From IMG/VR virus record IMGVR_UViG_3300032334_000488, positions 23,212-87,211 of that record: a stretch of DNA of 64,000 nucleotides; one strand, given 5' to 3'. Of this stretch, positions 46,001-54,572 are shown piece by piece. Below the pieces are notes generated by a model, which was not told the origin of the DNA, searched no databases, and worked only from the letters and a program-made list of their open reading frames with translations. How positions within the stretch are numbered: the stretch's first letter is position 1; every line of letters starts with the position of its first letter. The stretch comes from a virus. Position numbers and translations under genes: made by a program.

Positions 46001-46462
46001 GGAACAACAACCCTCACTGTGTCAAGTGCTAGACAACAACTATTTACTGGTTCTACAACACAGACAATTGTTCTACCAGTAACAAGCACTCTGGCAACAG
46101 GTGTTAGTTACGAGATTGAGAACAACTCAACTGGTAACCTAACTGTTAACTCATCAGGCGGTAACTTAGTAGCAACAGTAATTTCTGGAACTACAGCACA
46201 CGTCTTGTGTATTGGAACTACTCTGACTACTGCCGCTGATTGGGATGTTGATTTTATCGCTTTCAGTACTCTTAGCGGTACTGGCGCAAATGTATTAGGT
46301 ACTGCACCATCGATCTCTAACTTAACTATCACTGGAACATTAACTGCAGGTGGTGGAGCAGGTACTAACGGCCAGGTACTAACATCTACAGGATCTGGAA
46401 CTCAGTGGGCTGCGGCTGCATCTGATGCAACTCCTACAGTGTTGATGCTAGGTGGAATGTAA
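43034..46462 (+). CDS. collagen-like fibre protein with Mtd/hyaluronidase-type N-terminus
   Basis: IQVRRG...W...VLSEGEIGFE..TGKFKIGDG, G-X-Q runs, SDETGSG..VF..SPTL and QTLTNKTL fibre motifs. Confidence 0.85.
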   Translation: MASKIQVRRGSSSQWNAVSSVVLSEGEIGFEINTGKFKIGDGTSTWAALPYFIDEDAVASLVSGAALANTDDLPQGTTNLYHTVQHVYEALDSGSLQNIFISYVDGAIDISVPTVQGTQGTQGASIQGVQGTQGTQGFYGTQGTTGAQGTAGYVGADGAQGTQGTQGVQGVQGVQGVQGVQGTTGSQGVQGVQGVQGVQGVQGLQGVQGTLGAQGAAGNFGGATFDYTFSTSTTAADPGTGNIRFNATPTSATAMYIDSSNDAATDISTFLNTIGGSTSTIKGHFRVSKKFDDSVFKLYTISSVTDNTGWFTVNCSYVSGNGTLSNSDDIVVTFARTGDKGDTGIQGVQGPEGTQGVQGTQGVQGVQGVQGTEGQQGTQGIQGTQGTQGTLGAQGAVGAQGVQGTQGTQGTQGVQGVQGTEGTQGVQGIQGTQGVQGKEGVGTQGTDGTQGTQGVMGTSGSSSSNFNYSVDSNTADAKPGNGQLRFNNATQTSATFLYIDHINDSGVDIDVLLGLLKTDDSVIVQKKSDSNVYITFRVTGAVTVVSNSYVKVPVTSTGDGGTGNNSFTGGQAIEVITFTTGLQGPVGAQGAVGPQGTQGVQGTTGAQGTQGTQGTQGTQGTLGAQGATGAQGATGAQGTQGTQGTTGAQGATGAQGVQGTQGVQGTQGTTGAQGVQGVQGLQGVQGTLGVQGAAGNFGGASFDYTYSTTITASDPGTGNVRFNSLTLSSATAVYLDASNDAATDITSFLNTIGTSTSTIKGHFRMSKKFDDNSFALFTISSVTNNTGWFTVSASYVSGNGTFANSDDIVITFARTGDKGDTGTQGVQGPTGTQGTQGTQGTQGTQGTQGTTGAQGTQGTQGLQGPGGTYANSAALAAALSDETGSGAAVFGTSPTLKGPIYFQSGGGAGGSANTLDVNNSTGAVTLTSGYPLNLTATGDVTITATGGAAKVGSDTIATLTASQTLTNKTLTYPAIDNLKLGYATTATAAGTTTLTVSSARQQLFTGSTTQTIVLPVTSTLATGVSYEIENNSTGNLTVNSSGGNLVATVISGTTAHVLCIGTTLTTAADWDVDFIAFSTLSGTGANVLGTAPSISNLTITGTLTAGGGAGTNGQVLTSTGSGTQWAAAASDATPTVLMLGGM

Positions 46463-47197
46463 TTAATTAAGTAGTTCAGTACTGCCACGATGTATCTGGC
46501 TGTACTGGGCTGCTTCTTGTAGGAATTTAATTGGGCGATATTTGCCTGGCTTTAGTGTGTAGGTAAAGAAGGTCTGCTTGTTATCTTCTTTCTTCATTCT
46601 GAAGTTAAAGATGTACCAATCTACTGGGCAGTTAATTCCTCTTGACTCGATGTCTGCAACCGCTTTGCGTGCTCCTGATTTGCTAACCATGTAACCAGCG
46701 CATGACCATTGCTGATAAGAGACGCAGACATTCTCTGCCCCTATGTTGTGGTCATTATCGTTGTAAGCGAATAAGGAATCATCAGGAACAAAGAACGAGA
46801 AGAAGTCCCAGTCAGCAGGTAACTCCCACATGTAGGTCTCTACTACAGTCTTAAAGTTCTTGCTCATAACAATGTCATCTTCAAACAAGACCAAGGTGTC
46901 GTAATCAGACTCTAAGAACTTCTTGTATGCAAGGTAGTTACTAGCCCACACACCAACCACACCAGCACTAGGTGGGAATGTCTCACCTGGTTGGCAGTAA
47001 TCTTCAACGGTGTTGACCTTGAACTCTGGTCGTGTGTTTACAAAGTTCTCAACCTTGTCAACGGTATTGAGGTACATCGTTGGAGAACCTAGTCGTGGCA
47101 GAAAAGAAATGCCCTTGAGAATTCCTTCATAAGATTTATTACGGAGGTTATTTCCAGTATCAGTATGAAAGACTTCAAAGCAGGCATTACCTAGCAT
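46463..47197 (-). CDS. glycosyltransferase, family 25-like
   Basis: G.WASNY...LVLFEDD...AGYMVSKSGARK...PVDW. Confidence 0.7.
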   Translation of the reverse strand: MLGNACFEVFHTDTGNNLRNKSYEGILKGISFLPRLGSPTMYLNTVDKVENFVNTRPEFKVNTVEDYCQPGETFPPSAGVVGVWASNYLAYKKFLESDYDTLVLFEDDIVMSKNFKTVVETYMWELPADWDFFSFFVPDDSLFAYNDNDHNIGAENVCVSYQQWSCAGYMVSKSGARKAVADIESRGINCPVDWYIFNFRMKKEDNKQTFFTYTLKPGKYRPIKFLQEAAQYSQIHRGSTELLN

Positions 47198-47727
47198 TTG
47201 ATAAACCACATCTGATAGCCATCTTCTAGGCAGAGTATCTCCCCTTCACAGATGGAGAAGAAGGCATCAATGCCTCTCTTAGGCTCTAGGAACTCTTTAC
47301 CGCCCTCTGTCCACCCGTAATCATCAAAGGCGATAACTCCACCCTTCTCAAGGACTTTGAAGGCGTTGAGGCCATCTAGGGCGGTCTGTAATGCTGTGTG
47401 ATCTCCATCAATGTAGATGAAGTTATAGGTCTTGGTGTTGATGTTGAAGAACTCATCACTAGTCATCTTGTGCTTGATGACTCTAGGGTTATCACTAAAT
47501 CGTGAGTCGTAATACTGCTCGACAGATGAGAAGTCTAGATCCTCGTGTTGATCTTCTTGGCTACCTTCCCAGGTGTCTACATCATCAATCGTTACAACAG
47601 TCCTGTTGTCTAGCAGCCACTGTGTGGCATCACCTGTGTAGGTGCCGATCTGTAGAGCACGGATAGGCTCACGAGGACATTTGCGATCAAAGTATGGAGA
47701 TACATTCTTAAACCAGTTAGGAAACAT
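47191..47727 (-). CDS. class I SAM methyltransferase (Methyltransf_24-like)
   Basis: LQIGTYTG, VDTWEGS, FIYIDGDH, GGVIAFDDY. Confidence 0.85.
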   Translation of the reverse strand: MFPNWFKNVSPYFDRKCPREPIRALQIGTYTGDATQWLLDNRTVVTIDDVDTWEGSQEDQHEDLDFSSVEQYYDSRFSDNPRVIKHKMTSDEFFNINTKTYNFIYIDGDHTALQTALDGLNAFKVLEKGGVIAFDDYGWTEGGKEFLEPKRGIDAFFSICEGEILCLEDGYQMWFIKC

Positions 47728-47728
47728 A

Positions 47729-48289
47729 TTAGAACAACTTCAAGTTGTTGATGCAGCCATTAACATACTCCTGCGACATCTCAACATTATCTAGTAGGTG
47801 ATCAAACAACTCTTTACTCTCCTCTTTACGGCCTAGCCACCAGCCCGCTACAGCCTTCTCAAATAGTAGGACATAGGGTCCGTTGTACTCCACATACACG
47901 GGCAGTGGATTGTTATAGCCAGCAATGGTGTGCACCAGACCAATCTCTGCAAAGGTGTAGGCCTTCTGCCACTCCTTATTGCGCTCATGGATTCTGGAGA
48001 TTAAGAAGTACGCCTCTGGTCGTCCAGGCAGCAGAGTAATAGCGTGCAGGATTGTCTGATACACAGTCGCATTGCGATCGCCCTGCTTTGAAAAGCACAG
48101 AGCCATTCGTAGCAGCGATGTGTAGGCAATGATCGGATGAGTCTTGTATCCACGATCTGCCGCTCTTAGATAGAAGCCAGCAGCAGATGCAAACTGCCCC
48201 TGATCAAAGTATGCGTTAGCAAGGGCGAAGTTCTTCTCTGGGTTGTAGGAGTCAAAGGAGACATCTACTGCAAGATCTTTAATTGACAT
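47729..48289 (-). CDS. TPR-repeat protein
   Basis: NFALANAYF..GQFASAAGFYLRA and PGRPEAYF. Confidence 0.7.
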   Translation of the reverse strand: MSIKDLAVDVSFDSYNPEKNFALANAYFDQGQFASAAGFYLRAADRGYKTHPIIAYTSLLRMALCFSKQGDRNATVYQTILHAITLLPGRPEAYFLISRIHERNKEWQKAYTFAEIGLVHTIAGYNNPLPVYVEYNGPYVLLFEKAVAGWWLGRKEESKELFDHLLDNVEMSQEYVNGCINNLKLF

Positions 48290-49283
48290 ATGTTTTTGCC
48301 TCCTCAATCAGTTCATTAACCACACTGTTAGGAACCTCTAATACAAAGGCTGAGTTGTCTTGCACACCAAAACTCACCAGCATATTGTCATTGATAACCG
48401 TTGCTCCTACGCAGAACTCAATAGGTGTATCCATAAATGCAAACTCTTTACTGAGCCCGACAAAGTTAAACTCTTTATCCCAGACAAGTAGTCGATGGCG
48501 ATAGGTAGAGTCTTTCTGGTTGAGGTAATTTCTCCACAACTTTACTTCGTGAGTAATGCAGAGGTAGTAATCTCCCCACGCAATAACGTGAGAACCACCA
48601 CGCTGGTCAATAGGTGGACGAGGCACGTTGTCATTGACTACAACCTGCTTTGTCTCTGGCTCATTAGGGTTAGACCACACCACCTCGGTAGGCATAGCCC
48701 ACTTCACAAAGTGATACGGCTTATCAATGATGGGCATATGGTTCTTCTCACAATACGAAGTGGCCTCATGCAGCGGTGCAGGCATACGAACTCGTTGGAC
48801 CTCTTTGACAGTCCAGTTCTTCTTGTCGATCTCTACCTTGCTGTACTCCATACGTCCAACGCCATTAGTCGTGGTATCACGACGAACACCGACCATGTAG
48901 TAGTCGCCATCCCACTGAACAACACGGGCATCTTCAAGACCAACAAACTCCCAGATAGGTTTGTGCAACTCCATCATCTCCACCTTGGTGTAGTTGATGA
49001 CGTTGTAATCTTTGTCTAAGCGACAGAGGAAGTTGTTAGTTACAAGACGCTGGTCCTTCTCTGGATGCAGATAAGTAAGCGGCCCCCAAGGACTAAAGAA
49101 GCGCTTGTCATTCTCACTTATGTACAGCGTGTAGTTGACCTGGCGAAGGTTAACTAAGATGTCCCCATCATCGTCAATATAGACCGATGGATTCATAAGT
49201 CCTAGGCCATTACTGAGAGAGTTGGGTATGACTATGGGCGCTAATTTTCCGCCCTGAGAAACCGATTTCTGCACCAAATTCAT
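48279..49283 (-). CDS. beta-propeller glycosidase/phosphorylase-like protein (GH130-like fold)
   Basis: MNPSV, GLEDARV, EKNH.P, RGGS, IEFCVG, SFGVQD. Confidence 0.6.
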   Translation of the reverse strand: MNLVQKSVSQGGKLAPIVIPNSLSNGLGLMNPSVYIDDDGDILVNLRQVNYTLYISENDKRFFSPWGPLTYLHPEKDQRLVTNNFLCRLDKDYNVINYTKVEMMELHKPIWEFVGLEDARVVQWDGDYYMVGVRRDTTTNGVGRMEYSKVEIDKKNWTVKEVQRVRMPAPLHEATSYCEKNHMPIIDKPYHFVKWAMPTEVVWSNPNEPETKQVVVNDNVPRPPIDQRGGSHVIAWGDYYLCITHEVKLWRNYLNQKDSTYRHRLLVWDKEFNFVGLSKEFAFMDTPIEFCVGATVINDNMLVSFGVQDNSAFVLEVPNSVVNELIEEAKTYVN

Positions 49284-49355
49284 GAGGTTACTTTAGCCCA
49301 CATAAGGTTTCTGTACCAGTTAACCTATGTACATCCCCTTCGAAGGAGTCTAATT

Positions 49356-49685
49356 TTGGCAACAGCATACAAGGTTTTGGGTCAAGCAGCACCAGCGGCT
49401 ACCACCCTCACAACTCTCTACACAGTACCTTCATCAACATCTACTGTTGGTTCTACCATCGTGATCTGCAACCAGGCAGCCTCTGCTGCTACCTACCGCA
49501 TTGCGGTTAGCCCAGCAGGTGCGACAGCAGAAGCAAAGCACTACATCGTATACGGTGCGACTGTCGCAGCCTCAGATACGACCGCTTTGACTCTCGGAAT
49601 TACTTTGGCCACAACAGATGTGGTTCGTGTATACGCTTCTACTGCAACTCTTTCATTCTCACTATTTGGCAGCGAAATTTCCTAA
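49356..49685 (+). CDS. virion structural protein
   Basis: YKVLGQ..P....LYTVP...FGSEIS, AAGGAG RBS. Confidence 0.65.
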   Translation: MATAYKVLGQAAPAATTLTTLYTVPSSTSTVGSTIVICNQAASAATYRIAVSPAGATAEAKHYIVYGATVAASDTTALTLGITLATTDVVRVYASTATLSFSLFGSEIS

Positions 49686-49708
49686 TTAACTAGTTAGAGG
49701 TAACTTAA

Positions 49709-50842
49709 GTGACTATCACTAACAAGGTTTCATTAAAGAGCGTCATGGCGGGTAACACGCCTATTGCTGACGTTCCTGATGCGCCTACCATTGGAGCAGC
49801 AACTAACGTAGGAACATCTCGTGCCTACAATAACGGCTCTGCAACTGTTGCTTACACCGCAGCAGCAACTGGTGGAACTGCTACTACATTTACTGCAACA
49901 AGTACACCAGGCTCATTTACTGCTACTGGTGCTTCCCCTATTACAGTCACAGGATTACAGTCTGCTACCTCTTACACCTTTACAGTCTCTGCTGCTAATG
50001 CCAATGGCACACTGACCTCTGCTGCTTCATCTAGTATTACTGCTACTACTGTTCCTAATGCTCCTACTATTGGAACATTTACTGATGGTGGCACAGGAAC
50101 AACTGGAACTCTATCTTTTACCGCCCCAGCAACTGGTGGTTCATCAATTACTAACTATAAGTACTCAACTGATAGTTCTACCTATACAGCCCTATCTCCC
50201 GCTCAGACATCGAGTCCACTATCTCTAACAGGTCTTACAGCAGGAACGTATAACTTCTCTGTCAAAGCCGTAAATGCTAACGGTGATTCTGCAGCCTCTG
50301 GCACTGTCTCTGGAACTGTTATTACTCCAAGTTCATTTGAGTCTATTGCTACTGCAACTGGTACTGGTTCGTCTGGAGTGATTACTTTTTCTAGTATTCC
50401 TAGTACCTATAGCCACCTACAGATTAGAGTACTTGGAAGAACTACTGCTGCTCAAACAAATACGGATTTATATGTTCAATATAACTCATCTACATCTGGG
50501 TATGCAAACCACGCAATACAAGGCAATGGATCAATTACTGAAACAAAAGCAGATGCAAGTGGTTCTTATATTATTATATATCAATCACTAACTGGCGCAT
50601 CGGCCGCTTCTTCAATAATGGGTGCCGCAATTATAGATATCCCTGACTATGCATCAACTACAAAAAATAAAACCTTGCGCTGTCTATCTGGTCAAACCAG
50701 ACCAGCGGATGCTCAAGGCGCTATTTGGTTGCAAAGTGGTTTCTTAAATAACACTGCTGCACTCTCTAGTCTTTCATTCACACTTGGTAGTGGAAGTTGG
50801 ACTACTAGTTCAGTTATTTCACTCTATGGGATTAAGGGGTAG
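49709..50842 (+). CDS. FN3-repeat tail/fibre protein
   Basis: VPDAPT..YTFTV.A.NANG FN3 units, C-terminal ITFSSIP..LYGIK domain. Confidence 0.8.
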   Translation: MTITNKVSLKSVMAGNTPIADVPDAPTIGAATNVGTSRAYNNGSATVAYTAAATGGTATTFTATSTPGSFTATGASPITVTGLQSATSYTFTVSAANANGTLTSAASSSITATTVPNAPTIGTFTDGGTGTTGTLSFTAPATGGSSITNYKYSTDSSTYTALSPAQTSSPLSLTGLTAGTYNFSVKAVNANGDSAASGTVSGTVITPSSFESIATATGTGSSGVITFSSIPSTYSHLQIRVLGRTTAAQTNTDLYVQYNSSTSGYANHAIQGNGSITETKADASGSYIIIYQSLTGASAASSIMGAAIIDIPDYASTTKNKTLRCLSGQTRPADAQGAIWLQSGFLNNTAALSSLSFTLGSGSWTTSSVISLYGIKG

Positions 50843-50844
50843 CA

Positions 50845-51339
50845 ATGCCATTAACGTATGAGCCAATCGCTACTTTTACTGCATCAACTGCTACAGGTTC
50901 TGTAAGTTTTTCTAGTATACCTAATACTTACACTGACTTAACACTTGTTATAAATGGGTCCTTAAGAGATTCAGGAGATAATCTTTTACTAAGGTTTAAT
51001 GGTGATAGCAGTAGTTTATACGCTCAAACTGACATAAGTGCTAGTGCAGCAACACTTGCTACTCAAAGAACTTCAGGAGTTAGACTATATGTTCCTTTCA
51101 CAAACCAGTTTGTTCAAACCTCACCCTTTTTGGTAATTTTAAATATCTTTAGTTACGCTGGATCGCAATTTAAGACTTGTTTGGTATCAACAAATAATGA
51201 TGCAAATGGTTCTGGACGCATATCCAGCGGTGTTTTATTGTATAGAAGTAGTGACGCTGTAACCAGCCTAGAACTTACTGCCAGTGGAATTTACAATGCA
51301 GGAACAACCGCTACTTTGTATGGGATAAAAAATGCCTAG
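50845..51339 (+). CDS. fibre-tip-like domain protein
   Basis: TYEPIAT..VSFSSIPNTYTDL...LYGIKNA. Confidence 0.7.
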   Translation: MPLTYEPIATFTASTATGSVSFSSIPNTYTDLTLVINGSLRDSGDNLLLRFNGDSSSLYAQTDISASAATLATQRTSGVRLYVPFTNQFVQTSPFLVILNIFSYAGSQFKTCLVSTNNDANGSGRISSGVLLYRSSDAVTSLELTASGIYNAGTTATLYGIKNA

Positions 51340-51859
51340 TACTTACACACTCATCGCCAGCAATGTTCTATCCTCTAGCGCATCAAGCGTCACTTTTAGT
51401 TCTATTCCATCTACTTATACTGACTTAATGATGAGAGTTAGCGGAAGAAGCAATGATAGTTCAAACAGTTCAAATTCTATACGATTTTTTATAAACAGTA
51501 ACACAGGAACTGTGTACTCTTTTACTAGAATTCTAGGTAGTGGAACTGCAGTTACTTCTTATTCAGCGCCAGCAAATACAGACGAACTTTACTTTAACAA
51601 TGGGTTAAGCAGCGCTCTTTCAACCGCTAATACGTTTGGAAATGCAGAGATTTACATCCCAAACTATACAAGTAGTGCTAACAAGCCTGTAGGATCATTC
51701 CAAACAGCAGAAACAAATAGCACGTCTGTCTCTGTAGGTATGACTGCTGGTTCAATAAGAATTACTTCTGCAATTACTACTATACAGGTAACCCTAAATC
51801 CTACTTATTCTTTTGTAACAGGTTCATCTTTCTATCTATACGGCATCAAAAACTCATAA
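51332..51859 (+). CDS. fibre-tip-like domain protein (paralog)
   Basis: TYTLIAS..VTFSSIPSTYTDL...LYGIKNS. Confidence 0.7.
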   Translation: MPSTYTLIASNVLSSSASSVTFSSIPSTYTDLMMRVSGRSNDSSNSSNSIRFFINSNTGTVYSFTRILGSGTAVTSYSAPANTDELYFNNGLSSALSTANTFGNAEIYIPNYTSSANKPVGSFQTAETNSTSVSVGMTAGSIRITSAITTIQVTLNPTYSFVTGSSFYLYGIKNS

Positions 51860-51868
51860 GGAGATACA

Positions 51869-52102
51869 ATGACAACACCAACCAAAGTAATCGTAGACTG
51901 CTCAACAGGAGAAGAAACAATTCTTCCTCTGACAGCAGAAGAGATTGCAGACATGGAAGCAGCAGCAGCAGAAGCCGCTGAAGCACAGGCTGCTCGTGAG
52001 GCAGAGGCAGAGGCACTTGCTGCTCTCAAGGCATCTGCACGAGCCAAGTTAGTTGCGGGTACCCCGTTGACAGAGGAAGAAGCGGCAACACTCGTCATCT
52101 AA
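51869..52102 (+). CDS. small fibre assembly/chaperone-like protein
   Basis: VDCSTGEE...LTAEEIA...LTEEEA. Confidence 0.6.
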   Translation: MTTPTKVIVDCSTGEETILPLTAEEIADMEAAAAEAAEAQAAREAEAEALAALKASARAKLVAGTPLTEEEAATLVI

Positions 52103-52152
52103 ATTCGGCGCTTAACCAATTTTTCCAGTAACCATAGGAGACAATAGGCAAC

Positions 52153-54198
52153 ATGGCTAATATCAAGCGTGCTAATACATCAGGCATCACCAAGAGCGGT
52201 GTGGCTATCCCTGATGTACCTGATGCACCCACTATTGGCGCTGCTACAAATGTAGGTACCTCTAGAGCCTACAACAATGGATCTGCGACTGTTGCTTTTA
52301 CTGCCTCTGCTACTGGTGGTACTCCTACCTCCTATACAGCCACTAGTACACCTGGCTCATTTACTGCCACTGGTGCTGGTTCTCCTTTAACAGTTACTGG
52401 ATTACAATCTGCTACTTCTTACACCTTTGCCGTTACTGCTACTAATACAACTGCTACTGGGGCGGCTTCTGCTGCTTCATCTTCTATTACTGCTACGACT
52501 GTTCCTAATGCTCCTACTATTGGTACACCTACCAATGCAAGTGGTCAGTCTTACACGGGCTCTGCCTCTGTGTCAGTGCCGTTTACTGCATTAACATCTC
52601 CAGGTACTGGTGGTTCTACGGTTACTGGATACACCGTTACCTCTTCTTCGGGTGCAACAGGTACAGGTTCTTCAACCCCAATTTCTGTGACAGAAACTGT
52701 TGGTAACCCAACTACAACTGCAAGAACTTATACAATCACTGCTACAAATGCTAACGGTACTGGTAGTGCTTCTAGTGCATCAAGTTCTGTAGTCCCTGCA
52801 TCTGTTCCTCAGACCCCAACTATTTCTTCTGCTACACGAGGCAGTAATACAACCGTTTCTATTGCTTTTAGCGGTGATACAGGTGGTTCAGCGTTGACGG
52901 CAGTGACCATTACTAGTTCCCCTTCAGTAAGTCTTTCATACTCAGGTACTTCTTCACCTATTACCGTTACTGGAACTTTTGTTCAGGGAACTTCTTACAC
53001 CTTTTCAATGACAACGACTAACGCCAATGGAACCACTGCATCTAGTGGCTCTTCTAACTCTGTGACTCCGTTTGCTGCTACTGCACCCTCTGCTCCTACT
53101 ATCGGTACCGTCACAAGAACAAGTAATACAGTAGTTTCTGTTCCTTATACAGATGGCTCCGCTAACGGTTCTGCAATTACCTCTCGTACAATTACTTCAA
53201 GCCCGTCAATTTCTTTAAGTTACACCAATACTTCGGCAAGTCCGATTGCGGTTACTGGCTCTTTTGTTCAAGGTACGGCTTACACATTCTCTATAACAAC
53301 AACAAATGGAGTTGGAACATCTTCGGCAAGTAGTGCTTCTAACTCAGTAACTCCTTATCCTCAACCTACTCTTGGTGCTTTCTCAGCGGCTACTGCGTAC
53401 CCAACTGTTGTGGCTGTTTATGCTAGAAACATTGGTGCTGGTGCATTAAGTTCAAACATAGTTTGGGCGGGTACGGGTTACAGAGGCGATAACTTTTCAT
53501 CTCTTGGTACGGGTTATTATTGGAATGGCTCTAACTGGACACAACAAGACTACTATAATGCTTCTTATGTAGGTATGGGCCGCGTTTCAACTACTCAATT
53601 TTTAGGTGCTTCAGGCTACACAGACCTTGACCCAGGTAACCAAACACGGTCAGTTTATTATGGTACAGGCACTTCGGCCTTTACTAATGGAACTAGTTAT
53701 CCGTTAAACGCGCCTTCTGTTGGACTTGCAAAAATTTCTGATGGAGTGATGTTTGTTGGAGGGCAGGGCCTTGCCGCTACTAGAGATGTTTATTACCAAA
53801 CTACTATAGGCGGTAGTTTTACATTAAGGTCTGGTGCTTTTCCAATTATTGCTCCTTCCAACATTGGTGTGGACATTGGATTTTCAACAGGTTATTGGGT
53901 AGTAAATCAAGTTACTTCCGTATATTCTTTAACAAGTGTTACTGGGGCCTTTTCAGTAGCAGCAACGCTTGCTGCTTCAAAAAATGGAGCGCCCGCATCT
54001 GTTCTTGCTAACATAAATGATACTATTTTTTATGCTGGTAATGATGGCAGTACTAGTAATACTTACCTATTTAATGGTTCAACATTTACTGCCTCAACAG
54101 CAAGTCCAATCAATTCAGACAGTATGTCTGCTGGCTCAAGAGGCAGTGTTTTAAGTATTACAAGACAGACAGTTCACTACACAGCAACGTTAAGTTAA
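52153..54198 (+). CDS. FN3-repeat fibre protein with propeller-like C-terminus
   Basis: Four FN3-like units. N-terminus shared with the 49709 gene. Confidence 0.8.
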   Translation: MANIKRANTSGITKSGVAIPDVPDAPTIGAATNVGTSRAYNNGSATVAFTASATGGTPTSYTATSTPGSFTATGAGSPLTVTGLQSATSYTFAVTATNTTATGAASAASSSITATTVPNAPTIGTPTNASGQSYTGSASVSVPFTALTSPGTGGSTVTGYTVTSSSGATGTGSSTPISVTETVGNPTTTARTYTITATNANGTGSASSASSSVVPASVPQTPTISSATRGSNTTVSIAFSGDTGGSALTAVTITSSPSVSLSYSGTSSPITVTGTFVQGTSYTFSMTTTNANGTTASSGSSNSVTPFAATAPSAPTIGTVTRTSNTVVSVPYTDGSANGSAITSRTITSSPSISLSYTNTSASPIAVTGSFVQGTAYTFSITTTNGVGTSSASSASNSVTPYPQPTLGAFSAATAYPTVVAVYARNIGAGALSSNIVWAGTGYRGDNFSSLGTGYYWNGSNWTQQDYYNASYVGMGRVSTTQFLGASGYTDLDPGNQTRSVYYGTGTSAFTNGTSYPLNAPSVGLAKISDGVMFVGGQGLAATRDVYYQTTIGGSFTLRSGAFPIIAPSNIGVDIGFSTGYWVVNQVTSVYSLTSVTGAFSVAATLAASKNGAPASVLANINDTIFYAGNDGSTSNTYLFNGSTFTASTASPINSDSMSAGSRGSVLSITRQTVHYTATLS

Positions 54199-54219
54199 CC
54201 AACTAAGGAGAAAAAATAA

Positions 54220-54522
54220 ATGGCAGTGTACACAGTAAGAACAGAACAAGTAGATGGTGGATGGGTAGCCCATATTGACCAAGACGGTTTAGTTTGCATT
54301 ATGCAGCCAAACCTTCCAGGTTTACAAGGAAACTTTGCTTCTCAAGCAGATGCAAAAGCATGGGCCGATGGTCACGCTGCTGATTTAACAGCACAAAACG
54401 AAGCGTCAATTGCAGCAGCGGCTCTTGCAGCAGAGAGAGCAGCAACACAACATGCGGCTAATCTTGCGGCTATTGATACAGCAGAGGCTTTGAAAGCCCT
54501 TGTTGCTCATCTAGCACGATAA
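54220..54522 (+). CDS. small fibre-associated protein
   Basis: Follows a fibre gene, AAGGAG RBS. Confidence 0.6.
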   Translation: MAVYTVRTEQVDGGWVAHIDQDGLVCIMQPNLPGLQGNFASQADAKAWADGHAADLTAQNEASIAAAALAAERAATQHAANLAAIDTAEALKALVAHLAR

Positions 54523-54572
54523 ATATCGCCCTTATCAATTTTTTCCAGTAATGATAGGAGATACTAGACACT

